NCBI GenBank assembly: GCA_003223995.1
Contig: QHYA01000061.1
Location: 2,259-66,258 of the forward strand
DNA length: 64,000 nt
Direction: 5' to 3'
From: Acidobacteriota bacterium
GTDB lineage: Bacteria; Acidobacteriota; Polarisedimenticolia; QHYA01
The position numbers and the translations under genes were made by a program. Shown in pieces: positions 46,798-55,594 of the stretch. The stretch's first letter is position 1, and the number at the start of each line of letters is the position of its first letter. Below the pieces are notes generated by a model, which was not told the origin of the DNA, made no database searches, and saw only the letters and a program-made list of their open reading frames with translations.

Positions 46798-48369
46798 TTA
46801 GACTCCCTTTTTTCTCGTAGCACCCCGGTGCTTACCGGGTTTCAACGACTCCGCCGGCATTGCTGGAGCCGGGGTGGCGTCAGCCTGCTGCTCGGTCTTC
46901 CGAGCCGCCGCGTTCGCATCGAAGACAGAAATCCCCGAAGCTGCTTCTTCGCGCACGAGGGGGTTCGAATCGGCCTGCGCGAGCATCAGTAGAGAGCGAG
47001 CGGCTTCTTCCTGCCTCACGGCAAGCGCTTTCACCGTGGCCCCACGCACCCGCCAGTCGGGGTCATCAAGAAGCCGCTCCGCAAGCTCTGGAAGCACGCT
47101 GAATTCAGGAGATGCCGCCAGACCGCGCAGCGCCTCGAGACGGACCTCGGGATCCTCATCGCTCACACAGGCGAGGAACAGCTCGCTCGATCCGGAGGCG
47201 TCGCAGGCCTGGAGAAGCTGGAGGGCCTTCAGGCGCACCGTGGGGTCGGCGTCCCTGACGAGAGGCGCCGCTTCCCGTGCCAGGCTCGGATCGGGAAATC
47301 GGCAGAGAGCCCCCGCCGCCGTCGCCCTCACACCGGGAGAGGGGTCGGAAAGCATCTCGACGAGCCTCGGGACGACCTCCTTCTCTCCAGTCTCACCGAG
47401 CATCCAGACGGCTGTAGAGCGAACCTCGTGGTCGGGATCGCCGAGGGCCGCGGGGGCGACCTGAATGACCCTCTCGACTCCCTTCTCGCGAGCTCGAAAG
47501 AGCGCCTCCAGCCGTTCGTCGATGCTGCCTCGGCATGAAGGGAGACCGATCGACAAGGCCAGCAGCAACAAGACAGCGAGGCGGGAGAATTCCGGCAGCC
47601 TCATCCCTCCCGGCGGGCTCCAAGCATTGCGAATGAGCCGCCGCACGAGCGACCGCGCCAGACCAGCCGCTTCGAGGGTCCCCATCCCCCGCGCCAGACC
47701 GCAGGCGAGAGCCGTGGAGAAGGCGCACCCAAGCCCGTGCACGGGCCGTCCGGGCAGCCGACTTCCCCGCAGGGCCTTCGTGCGTCCCTCTGCGAGGACG
47801 ACATCGGCGGAGAGACCGTCGAGATGTCCGCCAGTGATGACGACAGCCCGTGCCCCCATCGAATGGAGTCGCTTGGCCGCCCGGAACATCCCTTCGATAT
47901 CCCGGACACGGAACCCCGTCAGGGCCGCGGCTTCGGCAAGGTTCGGCGTGACCACCGCCGCCAGGGGGACGAGCTCCTTCAAGAGACGCCGCAGACCGGC
48001 CGCGTCGAGCAGGTTCGCGCCGCTCGACGAGAGCATGTCGGGATCCACCACGGGGGGCGGCATCATCCCCCGCCGGACGGCCCGAGCGATGATCGCCACT
48101 GTTTTTGCATTGACAAGCATTCCGGTCTTGGCGGCCTGCGGCGGCATCTCGCGGGCCAGCAGGGCGATCTGCTCGGCAACCTCACCGGCAGGCACAGGGC
48201 GGATCGAGGCAACACCCCGTGGCCCCTGAATCGTGATAGCGGTGAGCACGGAAGCGCCGACGCATCCACAAAGCGCCGCCGTCCTGACGTCCGCGGTCAC
48301 TCCGGCGCCCCCCGAAGGGTCGAAACCCCCGATGGTCAGGACGACGGGGTGCCTCAGCCGATTCCCCAA
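46798..48369 (-). CDS. thiD: hydroxymethylpyrimidine/phosphomethylpyrimidine kinase ThiD fused in-frame to a C-terminal hydrophobic segment + HEAT/PBS-lyase-type repeat domain
   Basis: ThiD core from a probable TTG at 48369 (MGNRLRHPVVLTIGGFDPSGGAGVTADVRT...GGHLDG...), with a 16-nt overlap with the thiE 3' end. No stop codon before ...NAWSPPGGMRLPEFSRLAVLLLLALSIGLPSC... followed by ~6 HEAT-like repeats (DPDHEVRSTAVWMLGETG, LSDPSPGVRATAAGALCR, DADPTVRLKALQLL, DEDPEVRLEALRGL, DPDWRVRGATVKAL). The first 330 aa of the 847-aa track ORF are an out-of-frame artefact over thiE. Confidence 0.7.
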   Translation of the reverse strand: MGNRLRHPVVLTIGGFDPSGGAGVTADVRTAALCGCVGASVLTAITIQGPRGVASIRPVPAGEVAEQIALLAREMPPQAAKTGMLVNAKTVAIIARAVRRGMMPPPVVDPDMLSSSGANLLDAAGLRRLLKELVPLAAVVTPNLAEAAALTGFRVRDIEGMFRAAKRLHSMGARAVVITGGHLDGLSADVVLAEGRTKALRGSRLPGRPVHGLGCAFSTALACGLARGMGTLEAAGLARSLVRRLIRNAWSPPGGMRLPEFSRLAVLLLLALSIGLPSCRGSIDERLEALFRAREKGVERVIQVAPAALGDPDHEVRSTAVWMLGETGEKEVVPRLVEMLSDPSPGVRATAAGALCRFPDPSLAREAAPLVRDADPTVRLKALQLLQACDASGSSELFLACVSDEDPEVRLEALRGLAASPEFSVLPELAERLLDDPDWRVRGATVKALAVRQEEAARSLLMLAQADSNPLVREEAASGISVFDANAAARKTEQQADATPAPAMPAESLKPGKHRGATRKKGV

Positions 48370-49085
48370 CCCCCTTCGCCCCCTGGGGTCTCGCCGCCAT
48401 CCTCGTCCTCGTCCGTCTCTTCCTCCACCTCTTCCTCCTCCTCGATCTCTTCTTCCGGCAGTCCGAACTTCGCCATCGAAAGCCTTTCCCGGAGGACTCC
48501 GACGGCGGCGGGCACGTCCGGCTCGGAGAGTATGCCCCTGATGAGCGCCACTCCAGCGATCGGCAATCCCGACAGCAGAGGAGCCGTGTCTCGATCGATC
48601 CCTCCGATCGCGTACATGGGGACCTTCAGCTCCTTCGCCGCTTCCGCCAGGAGCTCCACGCCAAGAGGAGAGCCGAACTCCCGCTTTCCGGGAGTCGAGA
48701 AGATCGGCCCGAAGAAAATGTAGTCGGCTCGCGCCGTTTCCGCCGATCGGGCCTCTTCCAGGGAGTGGGTCGACACGCCGATCTCCAGCCTGTTTCCCGC
48801 AGCTGCGCGCGCCTGATCCACGAGCACTCCATCGGCGGGAAGATGCAGCCCGTCGGCCCCACAGGCCAGAGCAATGTCGAGACGGCGGTTGATGTAGATC
48901 CGGCACCCGTGCGGGCGGCACGCCTCGACTGTTGCGCAGGCGAGGTGGTAGAGGTCGCGGTCTTGCAGGTCCTTCTCGCGCAACTGGATCCGATCGACAC
49001 CGGCGGCGGCGGCTTCTGCGAGCAGCTCCACGATCGGCTGGTCCGGCCGGATCCGCCGATCGCTGACAAGGAAGATGCGAAGCAT
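48354..49085 (-). CDS. thiE: thiamine-phosphate synthase with a ~40-aa highly acidic C-terminal tail
   Basis: Start MLRIFLVSDRR at 49085; TMP-TENI fold motifs (RIQLREKD, GADGLHL, YIFFGPIFSTPGK, VPMYAIGGI); tail EEEIEEEEEVEEETDEDEDGGETPGGEGGWGIG. Confidence 0.85.
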   Translation of the reverse strand: MLRIFLVSDRRIRPDQPIVELLAEAAAAGVDRIQLREKDLQDRDLYHLACATVEACRPHGCRIYINRRLDIALACGADGLHLPADGVLVDQARAAAGNRLEIGVSTHSLEEARSAETARADYIFFGPIFSTPGKREFGSPLGVELLAEAAKELKVPMYAIGGIDRDTAPLLSGLPIAGVALIRGILSEPDVPAAVGVLRERLSMAKFGLPEEEIEEEEEVEEETDEDEDGGETPGGEGGWGIG

Positions 49086-49324
49086 CAATCTCCTTTTCCT
49101 CCGACCGCCTGAGACAGAGAGTCCCGCACGCCGGTCGCGATGTAAAGCGCGCCGATGCCGGACAGCGCCCCTCGCGCCCAGCGGGACAGCAGCACCCCGG
49201 CGAGCGGACCCGAGCTGTGGATGAAGTAGTTGCGGCTCCAGAGAGGAGTCCACGGAGCCAGAAGAAGGAACAGACCGATGCCGAAGAAGTAGTAGCCGAG
49301 CGCCAGCCTGGCCAGCTTGTCCAT
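49085..49324 (-). CDS. hypothetical small membrane protein (2 TM helices), translationally coupled to thiE (TGATG)
   Basis: 79 aa; MDKLARLALGYYFFGIGLFLLLAPWTPLWSRNYFIHSSGPLAGVLLSRWARGALSGIGALYIATGV...; stop overlaps the thiE ATG; contains an AAGGAG RBS for thiE. Confidence 0.45.
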   Translation of the reverse strand: MDKLARLALGYYFFGIGLFLLLAPWTPLWSRNYFIHSSGPLAGVLLSRWARGALSGIGALYIATGVRDSLSQAVGGKGD

Positions 49325-49413
49325 GCCCCGTCCCGGGCCATCTTACACCCTGCACGTCGACGCCCATCGGACCCTTTGCTACGATTCCCTTGTTACGACT
49401 CCCTGGAACATCC

Positions 49414-50426
49414 ATGCTCAGGATCCCTACGGTCGATTTGAAAGCGCAGTACGAAACGATTCGCGGGGAGGTCCTTTCCGCAATTTCGGAGGTCCTCGAC
49501 TCGCAACGCTTCATCCTGGGCCCGAAGGTGGATCAACTCGAGCGCGAGATCGCCGCGCTGTGCCGAACGAGGCACGCGATAGGATGCGCTTCCGGATCCG
49601 ACGCCCTGATCCTCGCGCTCGCGGCCCGCGATGTGCGAGACGGCGCGAAGGTCATCACTTCCCCCTTCAGCTTCTTCGCCTCGGCCGGTAGTGTCGTTCA
49701 TGCCGGAGGGCGTCCGGAATTCTGCGACATCGATCCCCGAAGCTTCACTCTCGACCCTGCTCAGCTCGCCTCCAGGCTTTCGTCTGACGTGAAAGCGGTG
49801 GTCCCCGTACACCTCTTCGGTCTGTGCGCCGACATGGATCCGATCCTGGATCTCTGCGCTTCCCGAGGCATCGTCGTGATCGAGGACGCGGCCCAGGCCA
49901 TCGGAGCGAGCTATCGCGGCAGCGACGGAGCCGGGCCGGAGCGAATGGCCGGGGAAATGGGGGTATCCGGCTGCTTTTCCTTCTTCCCTACGAAGAACCT
50001 GGGCGGCTTCGGCGACGGCGGGATGATCACGACCTCCGACGACGGGCTGGCGGACCGCCTGCGGCTGCTTCGGGTGCACGGGGGGCGAAGAACGTACCAT
50101 CACGAGCGGAAGGATTCGTTGCTCCTCCGGAGCGCCGGGCCGGATCGCAGCACGTCTTCCATCACTACACGATCCGTGCCGACCGGAGGGACACCCTTCG
50201 CGAGCATCTCCAAGCGCAGGGCATCGGCACGGGCGTCTATTACCCGGTGCCTCTCCACCTGCAGGAATGCTTCCGCGGCCTGGGCCACGCGAGAGGAGAT
50301 TTCCCCGAGGCGGAGCGGGCGGCACGGGAAGTTCTGTCTTTGCCGATCTACCCTGAGCTGACCAACCAGGCTCAACGGGCGGTGGTGAAGGAGATAGCCG
50401 CTTTCTACGGCGTGTCCCCGGGCTAG
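49414..50426 (+). pseudogene. second DegT/DnrJ/EryC1-family aminotransferase, disrupted (frameshift plus ~40-aa internal deletion near 50105-50145)
   Basis: Frame 1 (49414-): MLRIPTVDLKAQYETIRGEV...[15 protein letters not shown]...[45 protein letters not shown], then nonsense. Frame 2 resumes with the family C-terminus ...[42 protein letters not shown]...[11 protein letters not shown] to 50426. Only ~15 aa separate the HHERK and QHVFHHY landmarks, versus ~55 aa in intact homologs. Confidence 0.6.
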
Positions 50427-50484
50427 TCCGGGGCCAGCCCACCCCGCAACGGGAAAAGGCGACCGAAGGGCGGTTCCTATCAAC

Positions 50485-51807
50485 GTGACCCCCGAGACGA
50501 GGTTTGCGGGCGCTGGAGGGCCCGCGCTGCGGGTCCTGCAGTTGAACTTCCACTACGGCTGGGGAGGACAGCCGCAGTATATCCTCACCCTCGCTCGCGA
50601 GATGCTCCTCCGAGGCCACCAGCCGGCTATTGCGGCCCCGGCGACCAGCGTCCTCGCCCAGCGCGCACGCCAGGCCGGCATCGAGGTCTTCGGAAGGATG
50701 GCATTCCGCTCTCCGACCAGGCCCGTCTCATTCATTCGGGACGTGCGCGAGCTGAGGGCTGTGCTGAGGAGCTTCCGGCCGGACATCCTGCACAGTCACG
50801 GCTCGCAGGACACCTGGGTCGTTGTGGCGGCGAACCGCTGGCTGGGAGGGCCGCGGCTGCCTCATGTCCGTACCCGGCACAATACGAAGCGCGTCGCCGA
50901 CAGCGCCGCCAACCGCTATCTTTACGGCCGCGCGGTCGACATGCTGATCGTCGTCAGCGCATCCGTCCTGGACCGTTACCGCCCCTTCATCGACCGAGGG
51001 CTCCTCGACCCCTCCGGTGTGCCGGTCATCCACGCCCCGGTCGATCTCGAGAAGCTCGGTCGAGGGACCGACCCTGCTCGCGTCCGCAAGGAGCTGGGGC
51101 TGTCGGACGCGGATCGGCTTGTCGGCTGCGTCGGCAGGCTCGTCAGGGACAAGGGGCAAGCCCATCTGCTCGCAGCGGCGGCCCTGCTGCGGGAGCGCCA
51201 CCCGCGGGCTTTCTACGTGCTCGTGGGGGTCGGGACGGAGGAGAGGAATCTCCGCCGACTCGTGGATCAGCTCGGCCTCGCCGACCGGGTTTTCTTCCTT
51301 GGGTTCCGCGAGGACATCGCCGACATCACCGCCGCCCTCGATGTGTCGGTCCTCCCCTCGGTGGGTTGCGATGCGTCCTCCACCGTGATCAAGGAGGCCA
51401 TGGCGCTGGAAAGGCCGGTCGTGGCGACCGATATCGGCGGGGCGAGAGAAATCCTTTCTCCGGACAGAGCGGGACTCGTCGTTCCGCCGGCGGATGCGCA
51501 TGCCATGGCCGAGGCGCTCGATCGGATCCTCTCCGATCCGGATGCCTCGAGGAGACTTGGCGCCCAGGGGCGGCAGATCGTCGTGGAGGAGTTCACGCCG
51601 GGGCGGCAGTGCGACCTTTACGTGAAGGCCTACCGTTCTCTTTTGGAGAGGCGACCTCCGCAGCCAGGGTCTCGACACGGCTCAAGGAACTCTTCTTCTG
51701 GGTCTTCACCTGCTTGGGAGGGCTCTCCACCCGCTTCCAGCGGTCAACGGTGCGCCGGATCTTATCCTTTGCCTGAACCTCGATCTGGCGGACCCGCTCG
51801 CGGCTGA
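50485..51807 (+). CDS. GT4-family glycosyltransferase (Glycos_transf_1)
   Basis: 440 aa, GTG start; N-terminal GT-B acceptor domain (RVLQLNFHYGWGG); C-terminal donor domain with EX7E-like region (VLPSVGCDASSTVIKEAMALERPVVATDIGGARE). The ~70-aa C-terminal tail overlaps the convergent sigma-factor gene by ~215 nt and may not all be translated. Confidence 0.8.
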   Translation: MTPETRFAGAGGPALRVLQLNFHYGWGGQPQYILTLAREMLLRGHQPAIAAPATSVLAQRARQAGIEVFGRMAFRSPTRPVSFIRDVRELRAVLRSFRPDILHSHGSQDTWVVVAANRWLGGPRLPHVRTRHNTKRVADSAANRYLYGRAVDMLIVVSASVLDRYRPFIDRGLLDPSGVPVIHAPVDLEKLGRGTDPARVRKELGLSDADRLVGCVGRLVRDKGQAHLLAAAALLRERHPRAFYVLVGVGTEERNLRRLVDQLGLADRVFFLGFREDIADITAALDVSVLPSVGCDASSTVIKEAMALERPVVATDIGGAREILSPDRAGLVVPPADAHAMAEALDRILSDPDASRRLGAQGRQIVVEEFTPGRQCDLYVKAYRSLLERRPPQPGSRHGSRNSSSGSSPAWEGSPPASSGQRCAGSYPLPEPRSGGPARG

Positions 51808-52540
51808 TTCCCATCCTCTGGCCGATCTCGTTGAGCGTCATCGGGTGGAACCCCGACAGCCCGTAGCGCTCGCGGATGACCCGGCGCTCCTTCTCCGTCA
51901 GCCCTTCGAGGGCTTTGCGGATGAGGCCCGTGTCCTCGTCCCGTAAGAGCTGCCCCTCCGGACAGACCGCCCCCACATCCGCGATCACGTCCCGCACCAC
52001 GCGCTCGGCGTCCGGCGCGCAGGGGTCGTCGAGAGAGATCTCTCTGGGATTGGTGTCGAGAAGGTGGTCAAGATGGGCGACGGCGCCCGCAAGGTGTCCT
52101 GCAATTTCCTCCCTGTTGGGGGCGCGGCCGAGCGAGCCGCGCAGCGATTGCTCGGCATCACGCACCTGCCGCATCTTCTTGCGGCGGTAGGTCGGCACGC
52201 GCACGACGCTCGAGTGGTCCGCGATCGACTTCAGGATCGCCTTACGGATCCACCAGACGGCGTAGGTGATGAAGCGCACGCCGCGCCCCGGGTCATAGCG
52301 ATGGGCCGCCTCGATCAGCCCCAGGTTCCCTTCGTTGATCAGGTCCTCGAAGGGGATACCCAGTCCCCGGTACTCCGCAGCAATCGTGACAACGAAGCCC
52401 AGGTTGCATTCGACAAGATCGTTCGGCGTCTTGCCGCCCTGCCGGCGCTTGATCCTTCGCGCGAGCACGACTTCGTCTTCCCGCGAGAGCGGAGGTCGTT
52501 CACGAATGTCCGCGAAGTACCTCGTCAGGGTTGGATCCAT
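51593..52540 (-). CDS. sigma-70 family RNA polymerase sigma factor (regions 2-4; no region 1.1)
   Basis: 315 aa; region 2 LINEGNLGLIEAAHRYDPGRGVRFITYAVWWIRKAI; region 4 HTH TLNEIGQRMGISRERVRQIEVQA; unusual ~45-aa basic C-terminal tail. Confidence 0.85.
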   Translation of the reverse strand: MDPTLTRYFADIRERPPLSREDEVVLARRIKRRQGGKTPNDLVECNLGFVVTIAAEYRGLGIPFEDLINEGNLGLIEAAHRYDPGRGVRFITYAVWWIRKAILKSIADHSSVVRVPTYRRKKMRQVRDAEQSLRGSLGRAPNREEIAGHLAGAVAHLDHLLDTNPREISLDDPCAPDAERVVRDVIADVGAVCPEGQLLRDEDTGLIRKALEGLTEKERRVIRERYGLSGFHPMTLNEIGQRMGISRERVRQIEVQAKDKIRRTVDRWKRVESPPKQVKTQKKSSLSRVETLAAEVASPKENGRPSRKGRTAAPA

Positions 52541-53210
52541 CGGGCGCTGCCCTTTCGGTTATCTTCCCGGGGGGGCCGGGGGGTGGAAGACATCCCGTCG
52601 GGACATCACGAGGTTCCCGCATCGTGAGACACGGCGAGCACAAGCAGGAGAGAATAGCTGGCTGCGAGCGAAATTGGGAGAGCGGAGCGCTACATGGGCC
52701 GAGAAGAAGGCCCTCTGGATCAGTTGCGTCCACTCCCCCCTCCCAGAAAGGGGTCCACGGGGCAATGCTCGGGCTCCGAGAATCGGTTCCGGGCAGGAAC
52801 CCGAACTGCCAAGATTCTGATGAACGTTTCATGTTATGCGAAAAACACATCCGAACGCAAGTGGAACGCACCACAAACCAACACTCCTTTCGGCGTCCTG
52901 AGCGGTGACCTGCTTCAGGGGACCGTTCTTCCGAGGGCCTTGCGGTGGAGCCGGTAGATTTCCCACCGGCTCCTGCCATCCCGCCTGTCTCTGTCAGCGT
53001 CTGGTCGCTTGTCGCGTGTCGATCATCCAAAGCAAGAGAGATACCCTTTTCAGGATCGGAATGACAATTTAGTAACTTCTAAGAAACATTGGGCTTATCC
53101 ATGCCTTTCGGCTACCTATGGAGGAGAGTGTCAGCCGATCCGACCAGAATCGGGCCCCGCTGACCTTTCGGGAAGTCTGTTGAGACAGAATCGCCCTGCC
53201 TGTGACTTGC

Positions 53211-53759
53211 TCAGCCGCCAAGGAGTTCGCTCCACTTGAAAACCGGATGAAAGGGGACCCCGGCGAGCGCTTTGGCCCCCCCTTCCTCCCTGTCCACCAC
53301 GCAGATGGCCCCACAGACTGTCCCGCCCGCATCCATGACGGCTCGGATCGCCTCCAGCGTGGAGCCGCCGGTGGTGACGACGTCATCGACCACGACCGCC
53401 CTCTTTCCTCCGACCGGGCATCCTTCGATGCGCTGGCGCGTGCCGTGCGCTTTCTGTTCCCTCCTGACGAGGAACCCAGGAAGTGGTCGGCCCTGCTGGA
53501 AGCTGAGGGCGGCTACCGCGGCGACGATCGGGTCTGCGCCCAGCGTGAGACCTCCGATGGCCTGGGCATCAAGTTGCCTCTCTTCGAGAAGATCGAGCAC
53601 GATTCTCGCGACCAGCCACGCCCCCTCCGGGTGCAGCGTGGTCCGCCGGCAGTCGAGGTAATAACCGGATGTCCGCCCGCTCGAAAGCGTGAACTCGCCG
53701 CGCTGGAGAGACAGCGCGATGAGAAGCCCTTTCAGCCTTTCTCTTTCGGTTTCAGACAC
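53211..53759 (-). CDS. pyrE: orotate phosphoribosyltransferase
   Basis: GTG at 53759 gives the canonical N-terminus (SETERERLKGLLIALSLQRGEFTLSSGRTSGYYLD); PRPP-binding motif VVVDDVVTTGGST. Confidence 0.85.
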   Translation of the reverse strand: MSETERERLKGLLIALSLQRGEFTLSSGRTSGYYLDCRRTTLHPEGAWLVARIVLDLLEERQLDAQAIGGLTLGADPIVAAVAALSFQQGRPLPGFLVRREQKAHGTRQRIEGCPVGGKRAVVVDDVVTTGGSTLEAIRAVMDAGGTVCGAICVVDREEGGAKALAGVPFHPVFKWSELLGG

Positions 53760-53836
53760 GAATTGAGACCATATTGTCGATGAGCCATGATAGAGCACTT
53801 CCCCTGCGAAATGCGTGTGGGGTAAATTTCCCTATC

Positions 53837-54847
53837 ATGAGGACGGGGCTATCGGGGAAAGCGGATTGGAAGCTCCCGCGAAAGCTGCTCGTCGCCTTCG
53901 CGACCGCTGCCGCCTTCCAGATCTCTCTCTGCTCCTATTCCGGCACGGCCGCGACGGCCGAAGAGGCGGAAAAGCCGGCGCACCCGCAACAGGAACCGCC
54001 CCACGCTGGAGAAGAGGAACCGTCCGCAGGGGCGCACGAGGGCGAGACGACCCTCATGACGGCGCGCGCGGCCGGCAAGGCTGCGGCAGGGGTCGTCATC
54101 GGCCTGCAGGACCTGCTGGAGATCAAGGTCTTCCAGCTCGACCAGCTCAACCAGACCCTCAGGGTGGCGGACGACGGCTCGATCACCCTTTCCCTGCTGG
54201 GTAGGATAATGGTTGCGGGTCTGACGTGCGAGCAGGCCGAGCGGCGCATCGCCGGGCTCCTCGAAGCGCGGTACATCAACGATCCCCAGGTCAGCGTCTT
54301 CGTACGAGAGTACGAGAGCCGGAAGGTGGCGGTGACAGGTGCTGTCCAAAGGCCAGGCGCCTACGAGATGTTGGGAGAGAAAACGGTGCTGGAGATGATC
54401 GCCCTCGCCGGCGGGGTGACCAGGGACGCAGCCAAGCAAGTCTTCGTCATCCGCCGGCAGCCCGGCGACGCTCCGCGGAGCATTGCCCTGAAACTCGACG
54501 AGCTGATCTACACTGGAGATCCCGCGGTCAACATCCCACTGCAGCCCGGCGACATCGTCTATCTCCCGGCCGAGGCGCTCTTCAAGGTCTACGTCAACGG
54601 CGCGGTCGGCAAGCCCGGTGCCCTTGAGGTGAAGGAGTCGGAACAGATCACCGTCCTTCAAGCCGTCACGGCCGCGGCGGGAACGACCGAACGCGCTGCC
54701 GAGCGGCGCGTGCAGGTCATCCGACGCGGGAAAGACGGAAAGAAACAGATCATCCCGGTCGATCTGAAGAGGGTCAAGCAAGGCAGCGCCGAGGATATCC
54801 TCCTGGTCAAAGACGACGTCGTCTTCGTCCCGGAAGCGTTTTTCTAG
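53837..54847 (+). CDS. wza: polysaccharide export outer-membrane lipoprotein (Wza/GumB/EpsE-like; Poly_export + SLBB domains)
   Basis: ATG at 53837; lipobox ISLCS; Poly_export motif (DLLEIKVFQLDQLNQTLRVADDGSITLSLLGRIMVAGLT); two SLBB-like segments (PGDIVYLP, VKDDVVFVPE). Confidence 0.8.
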   Translation: MRTGLSGKADWKLPRKLLVAFATAAAFQISLCSYSGTAATAEEAEKPAHPQQEPPHAGEEEPSAGAHEGETTLMTARAAGKAAAGVVIGLQDLLEIKVFQLDQLNQTLRVADDGSITLSLLGRIMVAGLTCEQAERRIAGLLEARYINDPQVSVFVREYESRKVAVTGAVQRPGAYEMLGEKTVLEMIALAGGVTRDAAKQVFVIRRQPGDAPRSIALKLDELIYTGDPAVNIPLQPGDIVYLPAEALFKVYVNGAVGKPGALEVKESEQITVLQAVTAAAGTTERAAERRVQVIRRGKDGKKQIIPVDLKRVKQGSAEDILLVKDDVVFVPEAFF

Positions 54848-54942
54848 TCGTCCCAGTCTGGGAACCACGGGCAGATTTTCTTTGACAAGAGGTGTCCATC
54901 GTGTATCTTATGTGTCCTCTCACCTGAGCCGCGGGGGCAAGA

Positions 54943-55581
54943 ATGCGCAGCCACGGATGCCTGCAACCCTTTCTCGCCTGCCTCGTCATTGCCGTAATGG
55001 CCTTCCCGTCGGCTCTGCTCGCCGGTGCGCAGGGTGCGAGCGGTCCACCCGCCGGCGCGAGCATCGAGGGAACAGTGCTGGCTGCGAGCCACGCCGGCAG
55101 CCCCGCGCCCGCGAGGCCCGTTGCAGGAGCCGTCGTCAAGGCGGTCGATATTGCCAGTGGGGGGGCCTACGAGAGCGCCAGCACGAACGAAAGCGGCGCC
55201 TATCGCCTCTCACAGCTCTCCCCTGGAAGCTATGCTTTTTCCATACAGGCCCCCAGCGGGCTCTACCTCTCCGATGGGATCATCGGCGTAGAGGCCGGCC
55301 GGGACCTGCGGCTGTCCTTCGCGCTCGAGGACAAGCCCGCAGCCCCTGCCGGCGCGAGCGAGGCGGATCGCGACAAGCAACAGCCCCCTCCACAAGGGGA
55401 ACCGGGAGAGGCGGAGGGCAAGGGCGGCGAGCAGGGGAAGAAGGGGAACTTCTGGTCCACTCATCCGTGGCTCGCCGGCGCGGTAATCGCGGGCTCCGCG
55501 GTTGTGCTCGGCGTCCTCAGCGACCAGTTGACGAGCGAGGAGAAGCAGAAGGAAACGGTGGCTTCTCCCTCCTCTCCTTGA
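54943..55581 (+). CDS. secreted protein with carboxypeptidase-regulatory-like (CarbopepD_reg) beta-sandwich domain and C-terminal TM anchor
   Basis: 212 aa; signal; IEGTVLAAS...PVAGAVVKAVDIASGGAYESASTNESGAYRLSQLSPGSYAFSI; C-terminal hydrophobic WLAGAVIAGSAVVLGVL. Confidence 0.55.
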   Translation: MRSHGCLQPFLACLVIAVMAFPSALLAGAQGASGPPAGASIEGTVLAASHAGSPAPARPVAGAVVKAVDIASGGAYESASTNESGAYRLSQLSPGSYAFSIQAPSGLYLSDGIIGVEAGRDLRLSFALEDKPAAPAGASEADRDKQQPPPQGEPGEAEGKGGEQGKKGNFWSTHPWLAGAVIAGSAVVLGVLSDQLTSEEKQKETVASPSSP

Positions 55582-55594
55582 TGCGATCGAAGAC

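Noticed and set aside
46798-49341. 847-aa ORF as a single gene
   Set aside because: The N-terminal ~330 aa are an out-of-frame read across thiE. It resolves into thiE (48354-49085) and thiD-HEAT (46798-48369)
49325-49413. TPP (THI-box) riboswitch upstream of the thiE operon
   Set aside because: Only an ACCCTTTG fragment is present, on the wrong strand. No CUGAGA/P3 elements or ACCUGAUCUGG-type core found
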